A stretch of DNA of 63,832 bases, the filler included, from Basidiobolus ranarum (Eukaryota), in assembly GCA_040143965.1 (NCBI GenBank). It is 38 parts of 38 records of this genome, joined end to end, with 100 filler letters (N's around TTAATTAATTAA, not from the genome) between each part and the next. Parts side by side here need not be neighbours in the genome. Positions count along the whole stretch, not along the records: positions 37,095 to 38,675 come from JASJQH010011668.1; positions 38,776 to 40,356 come from JASJQH010011669.1; positions 40,457 to 42,036 come from JASJQH010011670.1; positions 42,137 to 43,716 come from JASJQH010011671.1; positions 43,817 to 45,395 come from JASJQH010011672.1; positions 45,496 to 47,073 come from JASJQH010011673.1; positions 47,174 to 48,751 come from JASJQH010011674.1; positions 48,852 to 50,428 come from JASJQH010011675.1; 30 more parts are not named here. One strand, given 5' to 3'. The position numbers and the translations under genes were made by a program. The notes below the pieces were generated by a model, which had not been told where the DNA came from, made no database searches, and worked only from the letters and a program-made list of their open reading frames with translations. Position 1 is the stretch's first letter; each line of letters opens with the position of its first letter. This document shows positions 38,468-50,528 of this stretch, in pieces.

Positions 38468-38675
38468 TGCTAAAAGTGTTTAGGGGATTTAGAAGTGTTT
38501 TGGACAAGATTTGGATTTGTGAACTAGACACTTAAGTTTTATTGAATTGAATATGTCCTATTTTTAGTTTACTATGAAATAGGACTATTGGACGTGCTTA
38601 GATCATAACAAACATGCCTGTTAAGCATGGGTGAAAATTTGAGGTGATTTGGAGAAGTTTTGAGAAAATAGTGAA
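38468..38675 (-). mobile_element. Copia LTR family B, 3' end, with no adjacent PBS (3' or solo LTR)
   Basis: Matches 44603-44810. Confidence 0.85.
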
Positions 38676-38775
38676 NNNNNNNNNNNNNNNNNNNNNNNNN
38701 NNNNNNNNNNNNNNNNNNNTTAATTAATTAANNNNNNNNNNNNNNNNNNNNNNNNNNNNNNNNNNNNNNNNNNNN

Positions 38776-39024
38776 AAGCTCTCAGCCCCTGGCCAAGACA
38801 TCACCTCGGCATGGATCGGAGGTACCTCAGCTAGCAAGAAGATCTCCGGTACCAGTATGGCCAGTCCTCATGTTGCTGGTGTTGCCGCACTGTACCTATC
38901 TCAAGGTGGTCTGAACACCCCTGCTCAAGTATACGCCGCACTTGTATCCAAGGCCACCAAGAATGTGATCACAGGATTGAAGGGTACCACTCCCAACCTT
39001 TTGGTCTTTAACTCTAACCAATAA
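38776..39024 (+). CDS. Subtilisin (S8A, proteinase K-like), C-terminal fragment (absent from the ORF track)
   Basis: APGQDITSAW...ISGTSMASPHVAGVAAL (catalytic Ser) ...TPNLLVFNSNQ*. Confidence 0.96.
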   Translation, partial: KLSAPGQDITSAWIGGTSASKKISGTSMASPHVAGVAALYLSQGGLNTPAQVYAALVSKATKNVITGLKGTTPNLLVFNSNQ

Positions 39025-39972
39025 GGTGTTCTGATATCCATGAAACTGTTGTGAATAAATAAATAAGTCAAATAAATCCAAAGAAGCAATATAGCTTAGT
39101 TAAAAAGACATGAAAGTATTTGCGATTGCAGTGATAACGATCAATCGATTGAGTGAGTTGTAACGTATACATGATATAGTAAATCCCGTGAGCTTATTGC
39201 TAGTACATCCAACCTGACGATCAAATATATCTTTGTATAAGTACGCACAAGAACATCTAAGATAATAGGACATGGCTCATCATATGATCTGATACAATAT
39301 ACTGGATATTCCAAAGTGAAGCTTTTACTTGGCGATAAGCAAATATATATCAATCTCGATTCTGCATGGTGCAATCTCTGTTGAGTTTGATTTGTGAATT
39401 TACTGACTAGATCTAACAAAGAAGTGATAGTCAGCAACATCTGAATTTCTGTTTTACCATCGTGATGGAAGGTTTAACCAACCACAGGGATTTAATATAT
39501 CCGATTTTAGCCTACAATACTGATTCATGTGATTCACATTTATATCCCACATATCCTGAAACATGGAAGGGATCAACCAGGCAATCAGGAATATCAATCA
39601 CATCATGTTAAGTCTAAATGTTCTTGATCTTCTAAGACATAAACCCGAATATCAGGATTCTGAATACCAGGATTCCGAATTTTTACTGGTAGCTATGGGA
39701 ACGATAAGCTAGATGGTAAACTAAGTGCTTAGGTAATTTCCAAAATAATCAGAGTTTCTACATTTAGTCCACTCGCTAATATTTACCAATGACAGTCTAA
39801 ATTGGAAATTGTAATCTACAGAAAAGTCTTATAGAGGTCAACCGGTTGGTGCTACACTATGAGAAAATAGTCACTGAATAATACGATGAAGACATATAAA
39901 AGAGATGAGCCTGGAGAAGTATTACTCAACATTCTAATAATCTAAGTTTCGGATTAACTTACTACTTCTTCC

Positions 39973-40356
39973 ATGGTCAACGTTCGCATCTTCGCCTTAG
40001 GATCTCTTCTTGCTATCGTTTTGGCTGTGCCAATCACTGATGGCCAGAGTGTTGATGTTTCCAACCGTTATATCGTAAAAATCAAGGAGGGAGCTGATTC
40101 TAACAAAGGTATGCGTGTATTGTTATGGCAATAACAGTATGAGATGCAGTACTGATTTGTGTAAATAATGATTTTAGTCGACCAATTTTTGAAGACAAAA
40201 CTTGATCAATACAACCGTGGTCGAAGTGGTAACAACTCCCTTAAGAACGAGCTAAAGAACAAGTTCGCCTTGGAGAACTTCAATGCTTATGCTGGTACAC
40301 TCAGTCAAGCCCTTGTCAGTGAACTCAAAACCAATGGTGATGTTGAGTATGTTGAG
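39973..40356 (+). CDS. Second subtilisin precursor: signal peptide and I9 propeptide; intron 40109-40177
   Basis: MVNVRIFALGSLLAIVLA, NRYIVKIK, FNAYAGTL, DVEYVE; TATAAA near 39895. Confidence 0.9.
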
Positions 40357-40456
40357 NNNNNNNNNNNNNNNNNNNNNNNNNNNNNNNNNNNNNNNNNNNN
40401 TTAATTAATTAANNNNNNNNNNNNNNNNNNNNNNNNNNNNNNNNNNNNNNNNNNNN

Positions 40457-40702
40457 GCGTTCAGCCCCACCTTCAGCAGCTAAGTGGGGGTTGCGGGTAG
40501 CCTCACCAATGTTTTGTTTGGCTGTACCCTTGGCTGAGTGAGCATTACCTGAACTCTTCTGTTCAGCTGCCAACTTTTGTTGTTCAGCTTCTACTTGCTT
40601 TTGTTCGCCCTTGGCGACCATACTTTCACTGTTGAACATCTTACCAACTCCTTCCTGGATGTTACCAGCGGCGTTCTTGGCGGCAGCAGAGATTTTAGAC
40701 AT
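40457..40702 (-). CDS. CsbD-like/LEA-like hydrophilic stress protein, 5' part
   Basis: GNIQEGVGK...AKGEQKQ and GTAKQNIGEATRNPHLAAEG repeats; TATA box upstream. Confidence 0.8.
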
Positions 40703-41720
40703 GTTGATATTAGATTGATATGATTTTAGAGGCAGTTGATTTTAATGATAATGGTGATCACTGATTTCCTTTATATACTGGTCCAATTCGGAATGGATTT
40801 ATATTAGCAATGAATATTTCGCAGATCATGTCACACGGACTACGTTTTGATTTCGTCACTATCATTATCTCATCGCAATGAAAAAGGGTACCCAACTTAA
40901 ATTGGCTTAACCTCGTGTCTGATGCTAATTAGCAAAATTTCATTCCTACCTAAATTGTTTACTACGGATCGAGCAAATCTAGAGACAAATATCAGCTCTA
41001 ATCATTATGTTTGCATACAGAGTATACTGAAATACCGATCCAGCATTTATTCTTTATATTGCTTCAAATAAATTTCAATTTTTTTTAAAAAACAAACCAA
41101 CTTTTAACGTACCTGCAGCAGATATCATCACTATACATCATAGCAACTTTTCTGTGATAAAAACAAAATCGACAGTCCACACGAAGAATGACAAGTGAAA
41201 TATTGAGTATGGTCAAGCGAGTCTATTTCAAACAATACTTTTTTACTATTTAACTAAAAATGGAGATGTTATACATGCGAAGACTTTAACTGACGGTGTG
41301 TTGTATGGATAAGAAAATATGCGGCTTATTGAGTATCTCGCAAGTAATTCATCCACTAAAATTAGAATATTTATGGAGTAGAATTGATAGCTAGTTTTAC
41401 CGCTATTTCATTTGGAATGGTTAGACTGAAATTCATTGATTCTGGAATATATGTTCATTCATTGCATTGCTAATGTAATTCATGCGTCTACTCAACAATA
41501 AACCAAACGTAATTTAAATATATCAGATACTACCGTAACTCTATCTCTGTGACAGAACCAATTTTGGCATTCCAAATATAGGAGATCATTGCATGCACTG
41601 TAAACATCACGAAATATTTTATGTTCAATGGATATTTATTTTACTATTTAACAAAAAAGTGCAATTGGTGTACATGAGAAGAATTTAACTGACTGTAAGT
41701 TGTTTAGATAAGTAAATATC

Positions 41721-42036
41721 TTACAATACTCTGTTGTTATGAGTTGCATTCTGTTGTGCATCACCGTGTACTCGTTGTGAAGCTCCATTGAGCTCCATGG
41801 ATGGATTGCCAGTGGCATAGCCTACATTTTGTTTCACCGCACCAGTAGCAGCATTAGTAGTTCCTGCGACAGCTCCTGGTTGATTCTTAGCCACATGTTC
41901 TTGGAGATGGCCTTCTTGACGCTGACCTGCACCTTGAACTTCAAGAGATGGCTTGTTGAAGGCACTTCCAACATTCTGTTTCATTGCTCCTACGGCTTGA
42001 TCCTTCTTGGCAGACATGGTCGAAGGCTTTTCACCA
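41721..42036 (-). CDS. CsbD-like repeat protein, 3' part (tandem paralogue)
   Basis: KDQAVGAMKQNVGSAF..SLEVQG and GAVKQNVGYATGNPSMELNG. Confidence 0.8.
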
Positions 42037-42289
42037 NNNNNNNNNNNNNNNNNNNNNNNNNNNNNNNNNNNNNNNNNNNNTTAATTAATTAANNNNNNNN
42101 NNNNNNNNNNNNNNNNNNNNNNNNNNNNNNNNNNNNAATAATGTCTAAAAGTACTTTTCTTAAATATACCACAAAAGTAAAATAAACTGTTTCCAAAATG
42201 GTAAATAACATCATGCCGGATAGTGCCCAATCATGCCAATTTGTGCTAGCACACTTTTTAGCTGGCCTGATCTGGCTCAATAAAATGGA

Positions 42290-43716
42290 ACAAGTCTATT
42301 AGAAGTTGAAGAAGAAGACAACAGTTTTGTTATGGACTTTTTGTTATTAGCCAAAATTGTCCACTCATAACACTTACAGTAAAAGAAGCAGCTTGGATTA
42401 TTGAGCAGAGGAGAGTTCAATCTGATCTTAGCAACCAGGTGGTCATTGGTTTTCTTACATTTTTATCACAGTTGATTGGCAACTATTGCTTGCCACAGAC
42501 CTGGTTCAAGTGGAAAACACTTTTCAATCATACGACTTATAATCCTTCAGTAATTAAACTACCTTCATTTCCAAATGGTTGCTTGGCTCTCACCAGTGAT
42601 CTGAAAAACCTGATGTCATGTACTGGTTGTACATAATTGGCAATCACTGAGGCAGGTAAATATCATTCATATTTGGATTTCATCCTGTTGATTCCCCATC
42701 TTAAAGTTTTGATGAAATCACCCAAGTATAGATCATGGATTCAATACCAAAGTACTAACCACAAAGCTGATCATACTACCAATATATTTGATGGATATCA
42801 CTTCCAGGATCTGAAAAGGCAAGGTTTCTTTGAGAACATGTATGAGCATGCATTTGCATTGGCTCTGGATGGTTTCTCACTAACCAAATATATTGTTGGA
42901 AAGGCTTGCTGGCAAATATTTTAATCTACTTAAATCTTCCTGCTTCTGAATGGTATAAGAATCATAATATTTTGATACTATACATCATATCTGGACCTAA
43001 ATCACCAATGCTTATAAATAGTTTCTTGGAGCCTTTGATTGCAAAATTTGAATGGATATCTAATGGGGTTCAGATTGTGAGTATTTATTAAAGCTAATAT
43101 CACTGTATGTATTGGTGACACTGCTGCCATCTGTAAACTTGGAGGTTTTTGTGGGCACAATTCTCTATCATGCTGTAAATTTTGTCAAATCAATGGAGTT
43201 TACGCTATGAGGCATGTGCAATACTACTATGCAAATACAACACTATACTCCATGATTTTATTATCAAGAACCTGGTCAGATTTCAACATGATCACTTATA
43301 TTAATTCACCAAATAGTCAGTCTAACATCAAACTTGGTATTAACTATAAGCCTAATATTATATGGCTAAAGAGGATCAGCTGGATCCAGAGATTCCCATT
43401 AGGTACTATGCACTTGCTATTCAACAACATTCCAATACTACTTCCTCAGCTATATAGTGGAAACTTGAATATGAATGAACCATTTGAGATAGGATCAAAG
43501 TTTGAATAAATTGGGAAAATGCTTGAAAATGTCAAGATGCCATCATATTTTAAGAGGACTCCCATCAATATCCACTTACCTAGGCATTTATTAAAATGCA
43601 ACAACTGTAAGTATGGGATTTGTATATATTCAAGTGGAATCTTGAAAAGATTTCTGCTGGATAAATATTGGCAACATTGGGAGTTGTTTGTTAATATTGT
43701 TAATATATTCTTATGG
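42290..43716 (+). pseudogene. CMC transposase catalytic core, degenerate
   Basis: FALALDGF, LNLPASEWYK, SGPKSP, CIGDT, FPLGTMHLLFNN. Confidence 0.88.
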
Positions 43717-43816
43717 NNNNNNNNNNNNNNNNNNNNNNNNNNNNNNNNNNNNNNNNNNNNTTAATTAATTAANNNNNNNNNNNNNNNNNNNNNNNNNNNN
43801 NNNNNNNNNNNNNNNN

Positions 43817-44954
43817 TAATTTTGCAGATGGTGTAGCTGAATTTTGGTCTAAATTGAGTACAACTGTACCCTTGCCAACTACATCTAATGCATAGTCATC
43901 ATTCAAGTAGACTTTCCTAGTTTGGATTGATTTTAAGCTGGAAAACCAATGTTTCCTGTTTGACATCTGCTGGGAAGCTCCTGAATTGATGTACCACATT
44001 TCTGAGTCTTCTTTAGTGGTTACTGAGAGGGCATACACAAATAGATGATCCCTATCAGTGCTTACTTGATTTGCTCGTTCCAATTTTTGCTTTTGGCAAG
44101 AATCCTTTTCTGCAATCTTTGATAATATGCCCTGGTTTCTGCAATACTTGCAGATGATTGATTTCCTATCAGGGGCACCATAATTGAAGCCTGTTGGATG
44201 TTTTACAGCTCCACAAATGCCTGTTCTGCATTATTTTGCTGAGAATTAGATGCCCTTAATTCCTCATTCTAAAGCCTAGCACTACCACATTCCATGGTTA
44301 ATGGCTCAGATACTGATTCTAGGGCAATTATGAGGTTCACAAACTCATCTGGCTGGCTCCCAAGTAGTGTTAAGACTAAGTCATCTTCATTTAGAGGTGT
44401 TCTAATGGATTAGAGCTGATCTGCCATAGTTTTCATCCAATTTATATGATTAAGCATAGAACTGTCCTTGTCTTATAGCACCTTTTGCATCTTGAACTTC
44501 CAAAGTTGAAAGTCTTCACCATTAAACTTCTCTGTAGATGCAAACACATTGGTAATAGTACTGGTAGACATTCCTTTAATAGCTAGCTTGGGGCTCATAA
44601 CCTGATAAAAGTGTTTAGGGGACTTGGAAGTGTTTTGGACAAGATTTGGATTTGTGAATTAGATACTTAAGTTTTATTGAACTGAATGTGTCCTAGTTAT
44701 AGTTTACTATGAAGTAGGACTATTAGATATGCTTAGATCATAGCAAACATGCCTGTTAAGCATGGGTGAAAATTTGAGATTATTTGGAGAAGTTTTGAGA
44801 AAATTGTGAAAATTGGCAAACATGATCTAATTGATATTTCTATCACATAGAGCAGTGAGCACATGTTTTTGAATGGCAGATTTGCATGCTAAATAATCAG
44901 AATATGAATAAACTAACTACTAAATTATTAGTTGCTATCCACCTAATTTCAACA
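43817..44954 (-). mobile_element. Ty1/Copia 5' end: LTR-B (44603-44954), PBS (44591-44602), internally deleted gag and protease
   Basis: Reverse complement of 30617-31950; PBS GGTTATGAGCCC. Confidence 0.92.
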
Positions 44955-45395
44955 ATTTGTTCTTGAATATGATCATCTGCATATAATGCTACCAAAGCAG
45001 GCTTATCTTATCTGGCCTGAAGTAGATATTATAGTCACCATTAAACTTTTGGAACTTACAAGTTTCCAAAAAAGCATCTATCTTGCTATTCCAAGCTCTT
45101 GGAGTTTGTTTTAAGCCATTCGGTGTTTTCATGAGTCTACACACTTTTTTAGGTTTTTTGGTTCACAAAATTATCTGGTTGGTCTATAAAGTTCATCTCA
45201 GCAAGTCCACCACTAAAAAAAGCAACTTTAACATCCTTTTGATTTGTATCAACCATATTTTAGCTGACATTGCCAAAATCAATCTAATAGAATAAAACTT
45301 TGCTACAAGAGCAAAGCTTTCTGTATAGTATATTCCTGGGGGCTGGGAAAAGTCTTTGGCTTCTAGTCTAGCCTTGTACCCTTGTAAATTGCAAT
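44955..45395 (-). mobile_element. Copia RT fragment (target of the LTR-B element)
   Basis: YKARLEAK, GLKQTPRAW. Confidence 0.8.
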
Positions 45396-45495
45396 NNNNN
45401 NNNNNNNNNNNNNNNNNNNNNNNNNNNNNNNNNNNNNNNTTAATTAATTAANNNNNNNNNNNNNNNNNNNNNNNNNNNNNNNNNNNNNNNNNNNN

Positions 45496-47073
45496 TTGGG
45501 GCAATTTTCAGCACTTTGATGAGTTGCAGTTGAGGATTGAGAGCTGTGAGTTTTAATGCTTGGGTTTAGCGGGGTGAAAGGTGCCAGGTGGCCTAACGGA
45601 AGTTTGAGGATTGTTTTTGTAGGAAAACCATCACAATTTTAATCCATTTTGGATTGATTGTTTACTTACTATCACAAAATCATGAAGTTATATTTGATTT
45701 TAATCAATTTTTTCAATTTCAGGAGTGAAATTTCAAGATCTCAGAAAATAGTTGCACATGATTGGGTACAAGGTCAGAGAACTATGGATCAACATGTGTG
45801 CAAAAAACATAACACCAATTTTACACATTCACCACTTGAATGCTGATTTGTCACCTTTGAGATTCCTAGTTTCTTTGATATATTCTCCTGAATATTTTGA
45901 GATAGTTCTTCATACCCAAGGTTTAGCTCATATCTAACAGAAGTTTGTACCAATATCTCCATCAAAGCCCACCATTGTATTAATGTTGCTGAATCAACAT
46001 TCCCTAACAAAAATAAAATTGATCTGATCTGGTTTGGAACCACCCTTTGGTATTGCAAAACCATCAGAAAACCATCAAAATATTGGTGGCTTGCATTCTG
46101 CCAGGGATTTTATGATGTGATGGTGCTTTTTGATGGTGTCTTGAAGATATTCATACATTTTGAAATATTGCTCCTCATATTTGGCAAGCATTATTTAATT
46201 TCCAGCAGTTTTAGCAAAAATCTAATTTTCAAATGGCAAATTACTGTTTTTACTGCTGTTGGAATTTGAATTAATATGCATGCCTTTATTTAGATATTTT
46301 TGGCTTTGTATTCCAGCCATAATGAGAATCAAAAAATACAAAAATCTCATTGTGTTTAGTTGCTACATATGCACATACTTGACTGATCAGACATAACTCA
46401 ACAACATCATTATGCTTTTCCAGCAAACTACTGGTGCAAAAAGTGCTAAACATCTGAAATTTTGAATAGCACTGACACTTGGCAAATAGCTGACCCTTGT
46501 TACCATTCACAATCAAAATGAGCTCTTGGATTTTGGCAAACTTCCATAAAGAATTCAGCCAATATATCCCCAACTTGCAGTCAACAAATGTCTTGCCACA
46601 AGTAGATGGGTCATTGCTTGAATAGATTACCCCATGGCTAAAACAGTAAGACTGCATATCTTGATCTATCCCACCAAGAAGTCTATCTTTCAGCTTTCCA
46701 ATAAGTATTGTCAGATAATCACACAAACAAATTAGTCCAAATTATATAGGTACTAACTCTGTGTCCATAGATTGGGCTTTGTTGTTGTTATTGTGCTCAA
46801 ACAATGTGAAAACCTGTGAGCACAGTGAAGAGAGCCTTTTGTTGGAAGGTTAATATACTCTGGAGTCTCTTTAACCCATGGCATTAGATCCATCACAGAT
46901 CTTGCTGATACATTGTTAATCAGATTAGCATATGGTAATACTGACAATTTCACATCAAGCATCATTTCACCACAGGTGCACTCCATTGGAAAATCTCAGA
47001 ATCTATAGCAAGGGCCAATAATCTCTAAGCATTGAGAAAGATGCAGCAGGGAATGTAGTGAATACGAGCATAA
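45496..47073. mobile_element. Triple nest of CMC copies: ORF2 piece, left terminus (45591-46001), then right terminus and transposase 3' end (46002-47073, minus)
   Basis: GCCTAACGGAAGTTTGAGG at 45591; CCCTAACAAAAATAAAA at 46002. Confidence 0.88.
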
Positions 47074-47173
47074 NNNNNNNNNNNNNNNNNNNNNNNNNNN
47101 NNNNNNNNNNNNNNNNNTTAATTAATTAANNNNNNNNNNNNNNNNNNNNNNNNNNNNNNNNNNNNNNNNNNNN

Positions 47174-47421
47174 CCATTCCCTGGATGTTGATGCCCGAGC
47201 TCATTCCTACCTATGCCATCGGAGCTGCTAGTTCCACAGCCACCGCCGTCAACTGGTTGTTCAACTTTGTCATTGGTCAAACATTCCCCCCAATGAAAGA
47301 AGGTCTTGGAGACTACTCCTTCCTTCCATTCGCCATCATCTGTGCTGTTGGTGTTGCATTTACATTCTTCCTTGTCCCAGAGACTAAAGGACGCAATCCC
47401 AACGAAATGTCTAAACAATAG
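47174..47421 (+). CDS. MFS sugar porter (GLUT-like), C-terminal fragment
   Basis: PIPWMLMPELIP, NWLFNFVIGQTFP, VPETKGR. Confidence 0.95.
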
Positions 47422-48403
47422 ACACTAATATTAATAAAGCTAAAAGGCTGGATCCAGAATTATCTAACAATCTATTGATCATTACTATTTAATTATCGTG
47501 TAAATAATAAAGCATTTATCACCCTTTTTTCCAATTGTTTGATTACTATGATTACGTATAGCTGTGAAATCATCAAAATATAGTAACAGGTCAGTGTTAT
47601 CAATAATGTAAGTATAGTAAAAACTGAATCGCAAAGTTCGAAGATTGGCCAATACATGGTAGGCTGAATTTACCTACTTTGGGTCCCACTGCTAATTTAA
47701 AGATTGTCTACACTATACTTCAAAATCAAATCAAGCAACTATGACACGATAAACCTTCATTTGGAGCCAAAAAGTTGTCCCACCCATTAGGGCCTTGATC
47801 TATGAATTTTCCACTTAAAGATTTTGGTTTCATTCGGCTTTTAGCTAGCCAGTGATTGTACTGAGCAGTGATTTGATCTGGACAATGGCGATTGGGATAC
47901 CAAATTTTGGGTTTTGTAACGTTATTTTTTAAAAACTTTTGAGTTTGTTATTTTATATCCTTTAATTGGGCGGAGAAGTGAAAAGTTTCCAAATTGGAAG
48001 GTGGAAGTAATTTTCAATTGTGGCGCTTGTAATCTGCATAATTTTAATTTACCCTGAAGTGACCAACATCGATTATCAAATACGATTGTTTAAATGGAGA
48101 TAATAATATAACTAGAAAGCGTTAGTAATTAGAACAAGCGGCATTACTTGTTTACTCATTGGTGAAATGGAATGGTTAAAATCTACTGAAAGAATATGTA
48201 TGTACTACTTGCTAAATTAGATGTTGGACTTTGGTTTCGTACTAGTTCATGTAATTATAAATTAAAATTTACGAGAAAGGAAACAAGAAGATGGAGCGTT
48301 GATAGGCCTAGTTAGCCTACCAAACTTGGCAAATACAAATAATCTATATAAACTACCTTCTACCTGCAACTATTTTTAAATTATAATATTTTGATAATTC
48401 ATC

Positions 48404-48751
48404 ATGGTTGACAAAAAATCCTACTCAGATAATGATGCTTCCACATGCGATTCAAAGAACATCAAGTTCACTCCTTACATTTGGCTTTGTGGTGCTACCG
48501 CTGCTCTAGCTGCATTCGCCGCTGGCTTCAACAGTGCTGCTCCCAATGCTCCAGAATCGGTGATCAGAAACTGTGATATGAGTCAGTACAATGACAGTGG
48601 CCTTCCAGCTTGTCTTCCTATGTCATCTGGTACTTGGGGCCTGGCTGTCGGTATCCTCGCCATCGGTGGTTTGGTTGGTGGCCTCAGTGCTGGACCCGCT
48701 GCCAACAAAATCGGTCGCAAGTGGACTCTCTTATTCAACAACTTCTTCTTC
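48404..48751 (+). CDS. MFS sugar porter (GLUT-like), N-terminal fragment, tandem paralogue
   Basis: GFNSAAPNAPE, WGLAVGILAIGGLVGGL, NKIGRK; TATATAAA upstream. Confidence 0.93.
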
Positions 48752-48851
48752 NNNNNNNNNNNNNNNNNNNNNNNNNNNNNNNNNNNNNNNNNNNNTTAAT
48801 TAATTAANNNNNNNNNNNNNNNNNNNNNNNNNNNNNNNNNNNNNNNNNNNN

Positions 48852-49470
48852 ACATCATAGGGCCAGGTTTTTCTGGATAGGCTTCATGAAACTCCTGGCA
48901 AAGTTCCCTGGAATTGGAAAGATTTGTTGCTGGCTCCCATGATTGATCATTTGTTGAGTATCTCTTCCAGTCCACTAAATATTGCAACTTATGTCAATAA
49001 ATTCTGGAGTCTAGAATTTTGCTAACTTCATATTCAGGGTGTTCTTCCACTTGGATTGCTGTGGGTGGGTCAATGGATTGGCCCAGGAAGGTGTTTCTGG
49101 CATGTGGCTCTAAGAGAGACACATGGAATACATTGTGAACTTTGAAATGGACTGGGAGTTCAAGGCAAAAGGCTACTGAAGTGATTTACCTAATAATCTT
49201 AAAAGGTCCTAGTCTTTTATGATCAAGTTTATCACAAGGTCTAGTGGTTTTGATATTTTTCTGGAGTATCCAAACATAATCTCCTGGCTTGAGATCTGGC
49301 CTTGGCTTTCTTTTCTTATCAGCAAAGTTCTTGTATTGGGATTGAGCATGCTCCAACTCAGATGTTAATTGTTTATGGAAGTTCATCTTTGAAGATATTC
49401 TTTGCCAATATGGAACTATAGAACAATTCACTGCTGACCAAGGAGTGATGATGTCAATCTTGAAGTATTG
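48852..49470 (-). mobile_element. Ty3/Gypsy chromovirus: integrase C-terminus and chromodomain
   Basis: KLDHKRLGPFKI, VHNVFHVSLLEP, QYLVDWK.Y...SWEP. Confidence 0.92.
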
Positions 49471-49479
49471 CTTACATAT

Positions 49480-50428
49480 TAAACACACCCCAGCTTATCA
49501 TATACAGGCACATGGGTTGATGGAGAGAGGGCATGGACACTTAGTAAACTCATTAGTCTAGTCCTGTCATGGCAAATCACAGCTTTGCCCACAAAAGCTG
49601 CACTTAGCAACTGCACTGACAGTATCACTATAGAGAGAACAGCTGGAATGTCACCATACAGACTGATAAATGGATAAGTATGCATCCTTCCTGTTGCAAC
49701 TGCAACTATAACTTGGAACACTTTGAACTGGAAGGCTAAGATCACCACCAAAGAACTTCTCACCAATAGCATAGCTCAAATTGTCATGCACCATGCTGAA
49801 GTAGAAAAAGCTGCTGAAAAACTGAAGAAAGCTAGAAATGCTAACATGGATTACATTCAAAAAAATCCTCTCCAACCAAAGCCACTACAAGTTGATGACG
49901 TAATCCTGCAATATGATTCCACTCTTGACAAACAATGGCGTAGGAAGTGTTACAAATAATGCAGTGGCCCATAAAAATTGTTAAAGTTTTAGGCAATGGA
50001 AGTTATTACACAGCTGAACTTGGTGGACAGAACTCAGACTACCAGTTGCATGGAACCAACTAAAGTTATTCAAGACTAAAGGAAATGGTTTTTCACTTGA
50101 GTTCAAAATATAAAGTGGAGTGGTTGTAGTGGGGTAGCATTGCCACATACTAGCAGGCTGACTTATTTCCACTCCTAGCTCATATCATTCCATAATTATT
50201 TCAATTATGTGTAATTGCATGGAAATTATATAATAAACTGCCTCAGCAAAGTTAATCATAGTTCAATCCAAATCAATTTCTTTAGCACATATTTCAAAAC
50301 GGCTCAAAGTGAAATGCATTATGCTTGATCACACTTTATGAAATTAACTTTGACATTTTAACCAATAATATAAAAAGATCTCTAATTCTAATTGAAACCA
50401 ATAAAGTCTAACATCATAGATATATATG
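49480..50428 (+). mobile_element. Second Gypsy integrase C-terminus, PPT and probable LTR (from about 50124)
   Basis: TAGMSPYRL, LQVDDVILQYDS, GP..IVK; AAAGTGGAGTGGT then TGTAG; 50190-50325 recurs at 10840-10977. Confidence 0.65.
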
Positions 50429-50528
50429 NNNNNNNNNNNNNNNNNNNNNNNNNNNNNNNNNNNNNNNNNNNNTTAATTAATTAANNNNNNNNNNNNNNNN
50501 NNNNNNNNNNNNNNNNNNNNNNNNNNNN

